Of a DNA stretch of 49,305 nucleotides, positions 8,138-16,391 are shown in pieces. Source of the stretch: Candidatus Dormibacteria bacterium (GTDB lineage Bacteria > Chloroflexota > Dormibacteria > DASZGP01). The notes beneath the pieces are model-generated. The model saw nothing but the letters and a program-made list of their open reading frames with translations, was not told the origin of the DNA and did not search any database. The number at the start of each line of letters is the position of its first letter. The stretch's first letter is position 1. Location: the NCBI GenBank assembly GCA_046262515.1, contig JBHEMP010000064.1, forward strand, positions 1-49,305, given 5' to 3'. The position numbers and the translations under genes are program-made.

Positions 8138-9342
8138 TACGCGCCCCGGCCGAGGTCGAGGGGCCGGGGTACTTCCAGCCAGCGGACGGGCCGACCGTGG
8201 TACCCGGACTCGGCAACGAGCTGCTGCTCCCCGCCCGGCCAGGTGACCAGATTGACGTGCGCCCGCCCTGCTCCGCCAGGCTCCATGGAGAGCCACGCGA
8301 GGGGCGTTTTCGCCGTGGCACGCTCGCCCGCGGCGACCAGGACGTCACGCATCTCGCGACGTGCGGCCTCGGTCATGTACTGCATCACGATGGAGTGATA
8401 GACAACCGTGGCCACGCCATCCCGGGCAGTCGCCAGCTGGTCCTTGAGCCAGTCCTGTCCTTCCGCACGATCGATGACGACCGGCACCTGGCGCGCGAGC
8501 GCCAGGGCGCCGTCGAGGGCCGCGAAGCGCTCCAGCTGGTCCGGCCACGCCGACGCTCGCAGGTTGAGGGCAGTCTCCTGGCTCAGCGGGTCCTGCGGCA
8601 GAGGGTCACAACCCCGACGGTCCACGACCACCGCGGGCACGTGCATCGGAGGGGCGGCCTCGAAGACGCCGTCCAGCACGACGGGCGACCCCGGCGGGCC
8701 CCATGCGACGACCCCGTCGACGTACCGGAAATGATCCCATCGCAGGTTGAGGCCGGCGCTGGCGCCGACCTCCAGGATCCTCAGGGGCATCCCGGTGTGC
8801 CGCGAGACGCTGAGGAAACCCCCGAGGAGCGCGGCGGCACGCCCGGGCTCGTTGGTCTGGCAGGGGCGGGAGACGCCGTCGCGAACCTCGTCGACATGCT
8901 CCTCGAGGACCGCGCGAAATGCCTCCCACGAACCTTCGACTCCAAGGTCGCCGCCGGCACTCGGGTAGTGGCGCCGCAGTTGTGGTGCGCTCCCCGTAAG
9001 TACGAGGCGATGGACCGCGGCCATCAGGCGTAGCCCCAGCGCGGTAAGGGGAGGTTCGTCGGCGTGAACCTCCAGCACGCGCCAGGAGATCCCGCCGCTG
9101 CGCGCATCATCTGCCAGGCGGCCGAGCAGGTGGCCGTAGAGGGGCGACCCGATGGCCGCGCAGCCGGCGGCCTGGTATTCCAGCTCCCCTACCACCGCCC
9201 CGCGTGCGTCCCCCGCTTCGCGGGCCTCGTGGATGCGGCTGATCAGGGCAAGGACGTCAGCCGTGGCGGCGCAGGAAATCGACCAGGTCGCGGTTGAAGG
9301 CGTCCGCTTGTTCGTACATCGGTAGGTGCCCGCACTGGTCAT
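8134..9342 (-). CDS. DUF2332-like protein (methyltransferase-like fold), start uncertain
   Basis: The core LRILEVGASAGLNLRWDHFRY resembles the DUF2332 family. Both in-frame ATGs (9390, 9342) lie inside the upstream hydrolase gene. The true start may be near 9246 (CTG) or another non-canonical codon. Confidence 0.6.
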   Translation of the reverse strand: MTSAGTYRCTNKRTPSTATWSISCAATADVLALISRIHEAREAGDARGAVVGELEYQAAGCAAIGSPLYGHLLGRLADDARSGGISWRVLEVHADEPPLTALGLRLMAAVHRLVLTGSAPQLRRHYPSAGGDLGVEGSWEAFRAVLEEHVDEVRDGVSRPCQTNEPGRAAALLGGFLSVSRHTGMPLRILEVGASAGLNLRWDHFRYVDGVVAWGPPGSPVVLDGVFEAAPPMHVPAVVVDRRGCDPLPQDPLSQETALNLRASAWPDQLERFAALDGALALARQVPVVIDRAEGQDWLKDQLATARDGVATVVYHSIVMQYMTEAARREMRDVLVAAGERATAKTPLAWLSMEPGGAGRAHVNLVTWPGGEQQLVAESGYHGRPVRWLEVPRPLDLGRGAY

Positions 9343-10129
9343 AGATGTGCAGTTCGGCGCCGGGTACGCGGTGCGCCGCGCGGTAGGCATGCTGGACCGG
9401 CAGGGTGCGGTCCTGCCGCCCCCAAACGATCAGGGCCGGCCGCCGCAGCTCGGGCAGTTGCTCCCACAGCGTTCCACCACCGGGGCCGATGAGCATGGTC
9501 TCGGCCATGCCGAGGATGTGGTCGCGGTAACCGGGCTGGGCGTACGCCTCCGCCATCACGTCCACCTGCAGCGGGGTGGACAGCGCCTGGTCGTGGTAGG
9601 CGCGGGCGTGCGAGCGCTCCAGCAACCAGCGTCTTCCCATCAACGGGCGCAGGAGGGCCCGCGCCACCGGGTGACCCGCGAGGGCCCAGGTGCGGGGTAC
9701 GGTCTCGAACATCCCCGCGGGGTCGGCGCCGGTGACGGTGAGGACGCGGTCGGGCCGGTCTATGGCCGCCTTGAGGGCGATGGCCCCACCCATCGAACTG
9801 CCCACAAGGTGCGCGACCCGGAGCTCCAGGGCATCCATGAACGCGACAAGGAAATCCGCGTAGCCGCGAAGCGAGTACTCCATATGCGGAACACCGCTGC
9901 GACCAAACCCCGGCAGGTCGATGGCCAGGACACGGAACCCGGCGGCCGTCAGTGCGCCGATATTGCGAACCCAGGCCTCCGCGTGGTGGTTGAAGCCGTG
10001 CACCAGGATGACTGGCACCCCCGCCCCGGCATCGTAGTGAAAGACCCGGGCCCGACCCACACGCAAATGGCGCGGAGTCAGGGCGGGTGCAGCGGGCACC
10101 GTTTCCGCCGGGGAGGCGGCCGAGCTCAT
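9257..10129 (-). CDS. Alpha/beta-fold hydrolase
   Basis: Oxyanion region ILVHGFNHHAEAW, nucleophile elbow VGSSMGG, C-terminal His region CGHLPMYE. ATGA overlap with the upstream gene. Confidence 0.85.
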   Translation of the reverse strand: MSSAASPAETVPAAPALTPRHLRVGRARVFHYDAGAGVPVILVHGFNHHAEAWVRNIGALTAAGFRVLAIDLPGFGRSGVPHMEYSLRGYADFLVAFMDALELRVAHLVGSSMGGAIALKAAIDRPDRVLTVTGADPAGMFETVPRTWALAGHPVARALLRPLMGRRWLLERSHARAYHDQALSTPLQVDVMAEAYAQPGYRDHILGMAETMLIGPGGGTLWEQLPELRRPALIVWGRQDRTLPVQHAYRAAHRVPGAELHIYDQCGHLPMYEQADAFNRDLVDFLRRHG

Positions 10130-11019
10130 TTTGGTGAGGACTTACCCCCGCTTCCGCGCTTGGGGGTGGCGGCCCTGGGGGCCGTGGCCTTCGCGGCCGC
10201 AGGCTTGCGAGCGGCGGTCTTCGGAGCAGCCGGCTTGGCAGCAGCCGGCTTCGCGGCGGCGGTCGCCTTCGCAGAAGCGGCCTTGGGAGGCGCCGGCTTC
10301 GCAGCGGTGATCGCCTTCCCATCAGCGGGCTTCGAAGCGGCCGGCTTCGCAGCCGTGGTCGGCTTCGCAGCGGCGGGCCTGGCGGCGGCGGGCGTGGCCC
10401 TCGCAACCTTTGCCGGTTTCGCCGCTGCGGTCTTCGCCGCAGCCGGTTTCGCCGCGGCGGGCTTCGCCGTCGCGCTCTTCGCGGGCGCCGGCTTGGGCTT
10501 GACTGTGGTCGCGGACTTGGCGGGCAGCGCCTTCCTGGGGCTGGCCTCGACCAACTCGCGGAGCTTGTCCAGGGAACCGGTCAGATCCTTGCGAGCCTGG
10601 CCCTCCGCGGCCTTCCCCAGCGCCCCGCCCGCGGCTTTCTTGAGGCCGCCGAAGAACCCACCGCCACCGCCGATCAGGCTGGTCAGGTCGTACTCGTTGA
10701 CAAGGCGCACACGGGTGCCCCCATCACGGCTGGTGAATGTGTAGCTGCCCGAGTTTTCAAAGCCACTGATGGAGCGGAAGGCGATCCGGCTGTCCTGCTG
10801 CCAGCCGTGGATCTCCACCTCTGACTTGATGTCCGGGAGCCCGGTGGTCTTCTTCACCATCGCAAATCGCGCGCCATCACCGTTGGTCTTATCCGTGGTC
10901 GGCCTGTACTCGGTCATACCCACGATGTACCTCGTGGTGTTGCGGTAATCGTCGACGAACGCGAAAACCTCGGCGATCGGACGATCGATATCGACGCTGT
11001 TCTCAACCCTGCTGGCCAC
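10126..11019 (-). CDS. SRPBCC (polyketide cyclase/START-like) domain protein with a C-terminal Lys/Ala/Pro-rich tail of about 145 aa
   Basis: The N-terminal half starts SVDIDRPIAEVFAFVDDYRNTTRYIVGM…, which is typical of SRPBCC. The C-terminal half is AKPAAAKPAAAKTAAAKPAK…-type low complexity. Confidence 0.75.
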   Translation of the reverse strand: MASRVENSVDIDRPIAEVFAFVDDYRNTTRYIVGMTEYRPTTDKTNGDGARFAMVKKTTGLPDIKSEVEIHGWQQDSRIAFRSISGFENSGSYTFTSRDGGTRVRLVNEYDLTSLIGGGGGFFGGLKKAAGGALGKAAEGQARKDLTGSLDKLRELVEASPRKALPAKSATTVKPKPAPAKSATAKPAAAKPAAAKTAAAKPAKVARATPAAARPAAAKPTTAAKPAASKPADGKAITAAKPAPPKAASAKATAAAKPAAAKPAAPKTAARKPAAAKATAPRAATPKRGSGGKSSPK

Positions 11020-11644
11020 TTATTCACTCCTTGCGTTCGCGGATATTCGCGCCTCTGAATCCTAGACTGAACGGCCTCCAAGATGAGGCGACAGTAAGGC
11101 GCCCCTCGGCTCCCTGACGGCCCGGGGGCACGCCTCCCCGGGTTCAGCGGGGCCGCCCCGATGTCGTGGCTGGCGCGACGCGGCGCCTCTTCCACGTCCT
11201 CCCGCAGTCGCTGGATGCTGCCGCCATCGTCCTGCCGGTCGCTCCAGATTCACCCGGGAAGACGTGCCCCCCGAACCGCCAGTGGTTCGCGCCCTACCTC
11301 CGTCTCCCTGACAACAAACCAGCCGTTCCGGGGTGGTGCAGGGATGGCATAGGCGGGGGTGGCGCTCCCGGCACAACTCGTGTCGCGGCGTAACGAGCAC
11401 GCAGGACGGATTGACTGAGGCTACCTGGAGAACGGGCGCGCGCAGTTTCGAGGGGCGGCGAGGAAGCCCCGCCAGGGGCTTTCCGCGATAACTCCGCCCC
11501 GTCCGGCGACATGGGTTGTGCCGGGAGTGACAGGACCCCCGCCCTGGTGCGTTCCCTGTCGCACCATCTCGGTAGCTGAAGCTCCTAGACTCTGCCGCGG
11601 GGGGAACTAATGAGGGCAGGCTACGTTAAGGTGGCGGAACCGTT

Positions 11645-14269
11645 ATGGGGCTTCACTACCTGGTGCCTGGATTGAGATCGCGGATGGCCGGCGGGGTTTA
11701 CGCTGCCGCCATCGCCCTGTCCGCGAGCCTTCTGGTCCAGCTCGGCGCCCCCGCCCCGGCCATGGCCGCGGGCCGCTTCGACATGCAGGTCACGGCGGGT
11801 TATGACGGCCTCGCTCGCCCCAACGACTGGGTCCCGGTGCACGTCTCCGTCAAGAACAATGGGCCGGATTTCCGCGGGCGGCTGCGCATCGACGACGGGA
11901 CCGCGGGCAGCGGCGGTTTTGCCAGCCGGGGATTCAGGGCCCCCGCCCAGTCGAACTGCTGCGGGGGCCCCGTGGGGTTCGCCGACCGAGAACTCGACGT
12001 CGCGATTCCAGGCGGCGGCACCCGGCGCTACAACCTCTACGTCGCGGCGGCGCAGTCTCCGCGCGCGGCGCTGCTCGACGGAGGCAGGGAAGTCGCCAGC
12101 GCCGAACTCGCACAGACGCTGACGTTTACCGGCTCATCGGTGCTGCTCGTTGGCATCGTCTCCGACCGGGCCGATACCCTGGACCATCTCTCCCTGGTCC
12201 GCCTCGGCGGCGCGGCCACGGTGCATGCCGTTCACCTCAGGCCCGTTGACCTTGCGCCGAGCGGCATCCTCCTGCGCTCGTTTGACGCGCTGGCCTTCGA
12301 CGACGCCAGCACCGATACCCTGACGGCGGAGCAGAAGTCCGCGCTCAGGGACTACGTGTCTGCGGGGGGAGGACTTCTCCTGGTGGGCGGGCCCACCGGC
12401 AGCAAGACCTTCGCCGGGATCCCGCTAGAACTTCAACCGGTGCGCCTCAGCGGCGCGGGGCGTTCGGACCTGGCCGCGGTGGCCGGCCTGGCACAGGCAG
12501 CCCCCCCACCCGGTGGCGCCGTTGTCTCGACGGGCAAGCTTCAGGAGGGCGCGCATGCGGTCAGCGACGGGAAGACTCCACTGCTCGCCTGGGGGCGCTT
12601 CGGCGCCGGCGGCCTCGTCTACGCCGCCTTTGATCCCGGCGCGGAGCCCATCAGCTCGTGGGCGGGAGAAGCGGCTTTGCTGCGGGAGTTGGTGGCACGC
12701 GCGTCCTCAATAAGGGTGCCTCCAAGCCCCACCGGCTTCAGCCAGCCGCAATCGGGGCGTGGCGCGGTGGACTATTCCGCCATCAGTTCCGTTCTCAACA
12801 ACCTGCCATCCCTTGACGTCCCCGCGGCCGGGCTGGTGGGATGGCTGCTTTTCGGCTACGCGCTCCTCGTCGGGCCGGTGAACTACGTCGTCTTGAAGCG
12901 CCTGCGTCGCCGCCACCTGGCCTGGGTCACGATCCCGACGATGATCGCCATCGCAACGGCATCCGTGCTGGTCGTCGGGTTCAGCGTCAAGGGCTCGGGG
13001 AACCAGGCGAACCAGGTACGGCTGGTGCAGTTGAGCGCAGCCGGCGCCCGGACCTACGTGGTTACGTACACCGGCGTCGTGGTTGCGCACCGCGGCGATT
13101 ACGCGCTTTCCCTGCCCGACACCGCCTTCCTCGGCAGTGTGGCCAACAACTACCAGCCCGGCACTGGCGGTGTCGATGTCCGGGGCGAACCCCCGCAGGC
13201 ACAGCTTCCAGCGATGACCGCCTTTTCCGTGCGGAGCGTGGTCGCCGAGGGATTCGCGTCGACCGGCGAGAAGGTCACCGCCGACCTGCACCTGAGCGGA
13301 GGCAGCCTGGTCGGGACGGTGACCAACGGCGGCCCGAGGGACCTCGAGGATGCCGTGGTGATTTACGGCAGGTCCTTCTATGCCTTCGGAGTCCTGCGCA
13401 GGGGCCAGCCCGCGGCGGTCTCACTCTCCGCCCTGAACATCAACCAGTCGGGGGGGGATATCGCGGGCAGCCTATTCCCGAGTACTTACAACCGCTCCCC
13501 CACCACCCCCGCCGAGCGCGAGCGCCAGCGGCGGGCGCAGGTCCTACGCGCAATGACCAATACCAATTTTGCTGGCTATTCGAGGGACCCCATGATCATC
13601 GGCTTCGAGGCCGGTACGCCCCAACGCCCGCGGGTCAACGGCCAGGAGGTCCCGGTCACCGGTGAGACCGCGCTTGTCGTGACCCCCACGCTCGCTCCCG
13701 ACAGCCAGGCGACAACGGTGGCTCCCGGGGACGTGAGGCCGCGCCTGGTGGGGTTTGACGGCGACGCTCAGACCGTACTCTTGGGCCCCAACTTTTCGTC
13801 CTCCATGCTGCACCTCGGGTCCGGCAGCGCCGTCATCGAGATGGACCTGCCAGGGGGCGGTTGGCGGACGGCGGATATCGTCGCCTCCGCCAGCGCAGCG
13901 GCCATTTGCTCCGGCGGGCCCGGTTCATCCACGGGGGGCGCGGTTCCACGCGCCGTTCCCGTCCCGGTCCCGGTCCCGCCCCAGGGCAATGGGCCTGCCG
14001 GAGCGACCTTGCCCTACTACGTTCAGGGGAAGCAGGTGGCGGGCTGCGTCCCCGGGGTGACGGAGGGGTCCGCCGCGGTGTTCAACTTCAAATCCGGTCG
14101 CTGGGAGCCGCTCGCGAGTCCCCGGGACGGAAGCTCGCCCCTCAACCCGGCGGGCGGACAGGTCGCCGACGACGGCGCGGTGCTGCTTCGTGTATCGCTT
14201 CCCGCGGGCAGCGCCCCGGTCAATGTGAGCATCCCCGATATCTCCGCGAGCAGGTCGGGCCCGGCTTGA
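11645..14269 (+). CDS. Large envelope protein with a signal/anchor sequence, a GATase1-like (GldG/DUF1355-type) module, a central TM pair and an uncharacterised C-terminal domain
   Basis: N-terminal hydrophobic segment ending APAMAAG. The motif …FDALAFDDASTDTLTAEQKSALRDYVSAGGGLLLVGGP…IPLELQPVRL is present. Two TM helices lie around LVGWLLFGYALLVGPVNYVV and LAWVTIPTMIAIATASVLVVGFSV. This is the first gene of a coupled cluster. Confidence 0.7.
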   Translation: MGLHYLVPGLRSRMAGGVYAAAIALSASLLVQLGAPAPAMAAGRFDMQVTAGYDGLARPNDWVPVHVSVKNNGPDFRGRLRIDDGTAGSGGFASRGFRAPAQSNCCGGPVGFADRELDVAIPGGGTRRYNLYVAAAQSPRAALLDGGREVASAELAQTLTFTGSSVLLVGIVSDRADTLDHLSLVRLGGAATVHAVHLRPVDLAPSGILLRSFDALAFDDASTDTLTAEQKSALRDYVSAGGGLLLVGGPTGSKTFAGIPLELQPVRLSGAGRSDLAAVAGLAQAAPPPGGAVVSTGKLQEGAHAVSDGKTPLLAWGRFGAGGLVYAAFDPGAEPISSWAGEAALLRELVARASSIRVPPSPTGFSQPQSGRGAVDYSAISSVLNNLPSLDVPAAGLVGWLLFGYALLVGPVNYVVLKRLRRRHLAWVTIPTMIAIATASVLVVGFSVKGSGNQANQVRLVQLSAAGARTYVVTYTGVVVAHRGDYALSLPDTAFLGSVANNYQPGTGGVDVRGEPPQAQLPAMTAFSVRSVVAEGFASTGEKVTADLHLSGGSLVGTVTNGGPRDLEDAVVIYGRSFYAFGVLRRGQPAAVSLSALNINQSGGDIAGSLFPSTYNRSPTTPAERERQRRAQVLRAMTNTNFAGYSRDPMIIGFEAGTPQRPRVNGQEVPVTGETALVVTPTLAPDSQATTVAPGDVRPRLVGFDGDAQTVLLGPNFSSSMLHLGSGSAVIEMDLPGGGWRTADIVASASAAAICSGGPGSSTGGAVPRAVPVPVPVPPQGNGPAGATLPYYVQGKQVAGCVPGVTEGSAAVFNFKSGRWEPLASPRDGSSPLNPAGGQVADDGAVLLRVSLPAGSAPVNVSIPDISASRSGPA

Positions 14270-15192
14270 TCCGCATCGAATCGCTGACCAAGACCTACGG
14301 CACCTTCCGCGCCGTCAACGACGTGAGCTTCAGCGTCAACAAAGGGGAGATCTTCGGCTTCGTCGGGCCCAACGGCGCAGGCAAGTCCACGACCCTGAAG
14401 ATCCTCGCCACCCTCCTCCCGCCGACGTCAGGGCGCGCGATGGTGAACGGCCTCGACGTGACCACCAACGTCTTCGAGGTGCGCGGGTTGATCGGCTACA
14501 TGCCCGACTTCTTCGGCGTCTACGACCGCCTCACCAGCGCCGAGTACCTCTCCTTCTACGCCGCCTGCTACCGGATACCCCGGCGGCGCCGCCCCGCCAT
14601 TGTGTCGGACCTGCTTGAGCTGGTGCGCCTTGGCGACAAGCGGGACGCGCAGGTCAACTCGCTGTCGCGCGGCATGAAGCAGCGGCTCTGCCTGGCGCGC
14701 GCCCTGGTTCACGATCCCGAGGTCCTGCTCCTGGATGAGCCGGCATCGGGGCTGGACCCCCGTGCGCGCGTCGACATGCGCGACCTGCTCAGGGAGCTTC
14801 GCACGATGGGTAAAACGATCATCATCTCCAGCCACATCCTCCCGGAGCTGAGCGAGCTGTGCACCTCTGCCGCGATCCTGGAGCGGGGCCGGGTCCTGGC
14901 GGCGGGTCCGCTGGACAGCCTGATGGGGCCGGGCGGCTCCAGCCGGATACGCGTCGCGGTCAAGGGCGACATCGATGCCGCCATGCGCACCGCCCAGGGC
15001 CTGCCCGGGGTCAACGCGGTGATCCCTGATGAGCGCGGCGGGATGGAGCTTGGGTATGACCCAGTGGCCACGGAGCCGGTCCAGGTGCTGCAGTGGCTGA
15101 TGCAGGCCGGAGTCCCGGTGCGGGCATTCACACCCGTGGAGACCGACCTCGAGGATGTGTTCATGCAGGTCACAGCGGAGGCGCCAGGGTGA
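14266..15192 (+). CDS. ABC transporter ATP-binding protein (ABC-2 / GldA/NosF-like)
   Basis: Walker A GPNGAGKSTT, signature LSRGMKQRLCLARAL, Walker B LLLDEPASGLD, H-loop SSH. I prefer the TTG start at 14266 (TTGA overlap with the upstream stop) over the track's 13861. The extra 135 residues from 13861 lie in the +1 frame of the upstream gene and look non-protein-like. Confidence 0.9.
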   Translation: MIRIESLTKTYGTFRAVNDVSFSVNKGEIFGFVGPNGAGKSTTLKILATLLPPTSGRAMVNGLDVTTNVFEVRGLIGYMPDFFGVYDRLTSAEYLSFYAACYRIPRRRRPAIVSDLLELVRLGDKRDAQVNSLSRGMKQRLCLARALVHDPEVLLLDEPASGLDPRARVDMRDLLRELRTMGKTIIISSHILPELSELCTSAAILERGRVLAAGPLDSLMGPGGSSRIRVAVKGDIDAAMRTAQGLPGVNAVIPDERGGMELGYDPVATEPVQVLQWLMQAGVPVRAFTPVETDLEDVFMQVTAEAPG

Positions 15193-16391
15193 CGGAGGCT
15201 CGAGGCGTCCCCGGCACGAGCGGAGGGGCACCATGGCGTGGTGCCCTGGACGTTGTCCGCGGCCTTGCCTGGAACCCGATCGTGGAGAAGGAGGTGCTGG
15301 CCCGGATGCGCTCGTGGCGGGCGCCGCTCTTCATCAGCCTTTTCGTCTTCCTGCTCAGCCTGGTGGGATGGGTTGGGGTGTCCCTGGCTTCGGCGGCGAC
15401 GCAGTTCGGCGGCACGGCCGTGACCCCCGGGTTGGGACTCGGGATCTTCGCCGGACTGATGGTCACCGAACTGATCCTGGTGGTCCTGATCGCCCCGGCG
15501 CTGACCGCGGGGGCGATCAGCGGTGAGAAGGAGCGTCAGACCCTGGACCTCCTGCTCTGCACCCGCGTCCGCCCCAGCGCGATCGTCGCGGGCAAGCTCG
15601 TGTCCTCGCTGCTGTTCATCCTCCTGCTGGTGCTGATCTCTGTGCCCCTGGTGACCTTTGTGTTCCTTTTCGGGGGGATCGAGGTGGACCAGGTGGTGGT
15701 GGTCACCCTCCTGGTCATGGTCTCCGCGCTCTCCGTTGGGGCCATCGGGATCTTCTGCTCATGCTTCATCCGAAACGCGATCGGCAGCACCGCCGCCGCC
15801 TTTCTGCTGACGGTGGTCTTCCTTGCCGGGCCGATGCTGCTGCCGCTGTTCCTCACCGCCGTGACCACGCCAAGGTCATTCCTGGTCAACCGCGGAACCC
15901 CGGTTTACCAGCTTGGCGAGCCCTTCTACACGCTGGCCGTGACGCTGGCGCCGCCGAACACGATCAACGGCGGAAACGTGGTCAGCCGCGGCACTGTGAG
16001 CCCTTCGCTCTCGCACGCGGCGGGTCCGACGACGGTCTGCAACAGCCTCCCGGGTGGCGGGCAGGAGTGCCACAGTGTGGTCAACGGGCAAACGTTTTCG
16101 TCCGGCCCCGTGGGGGCGGCGCAGGATGCGTCCATTCCGGCCGGCAACGTCATCATGGCGGGCGACATGGTCACCGAAGGACCCATAAAGGGGTGGCACG
16201 CCTGGCAGGTCTTCGTGGTTCTCAACGTGCTTCTTTCAGCGCTGTTGCTGACCCTCAGCACGATCCTGCTGGGAGGCAACCGCGTGGGCCGCGCCGGCCG
16301 CGGCCTGAGGCTGGAACGCCACGCCGTCCTACCGCCACTGCCGGGGGCGGGCGACGAGGGTGATGGATCGCCTCCGGCGGGCCCACCATGA
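15189..16391 (+). CDS. ABC-2 family permease (GldF/NosY-like) with an inserted extracytoplasmic loop
   Basis: The N-terminus NPIVEKEVLARMRSWRAPLF followed by 6 or more TM helices is typical of ABC-2 permeases. GTG start at 15189 (GTGA overlap). Confidence 0.75.
   Translation: MTEARGVPGTSGGAPWRGALDVVRGLAWNPIVEKEVLARMRSWRAPLFISLFVFLLSLVGWVGVSLASAATQFGGTAVTPGLGLGIFAGLMVTELILVVLIAPALTAGAISGEKERQTLDLLLCTRVRPSAIVAGKLVSSLLFILLLVLISVPLVTFVFLFGGIEVDQVVVVTLLVMVSALSVGAIGIFCSCFIRNAIGSTAAAFLLTVVFLAGPMLLPLFLTAVTTPRSFLVNRGTPVYQLGEPFYTLAVTLAPPNTINGGNVVSRGTVSPSLSHAAGPTTVCNSLPGGGQECHSVVNGQTFSSGPVGAAQDASIPAGNVIMAGDMVTEGPIKGWHAWQVFVVLNVLLSALLLTLSTILLGGNRVGRAGRGLRLERHAVLPPLPGAGDEGDGSPPAGPP

Noticed and set aside
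11270-11300. Possible cobalamin-riboswitch B12-box-like string (GCCAGTGG/CCACTGG) in the long intergenic region
   Set aside because: It is only a short palindromic hairpin (GAACC-gccagt-GGTTC). None of the other conserved cobalamin riboswitch elements could be recognised around it.
11062-11400. ORFs of 63-112 aa on both strands inside the 625-bp intergenic region
   Set aside because: They are Arg/Gly/Pro-rich, have no RBS or motif, and overlap each other in several frames. They are more likely non-coding.
13861-14265. Upstream extension of the ABC ATPase ORF (the track start at 13861 gives 443 aa)
   Set aside because: The extension lies in the +1 frame of the preceding 874-aa gene and reads as Arg/Gly-rich nonsense. 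The ABC domain begins right at TTG 14266, which forms a TTGA coupling overlap.
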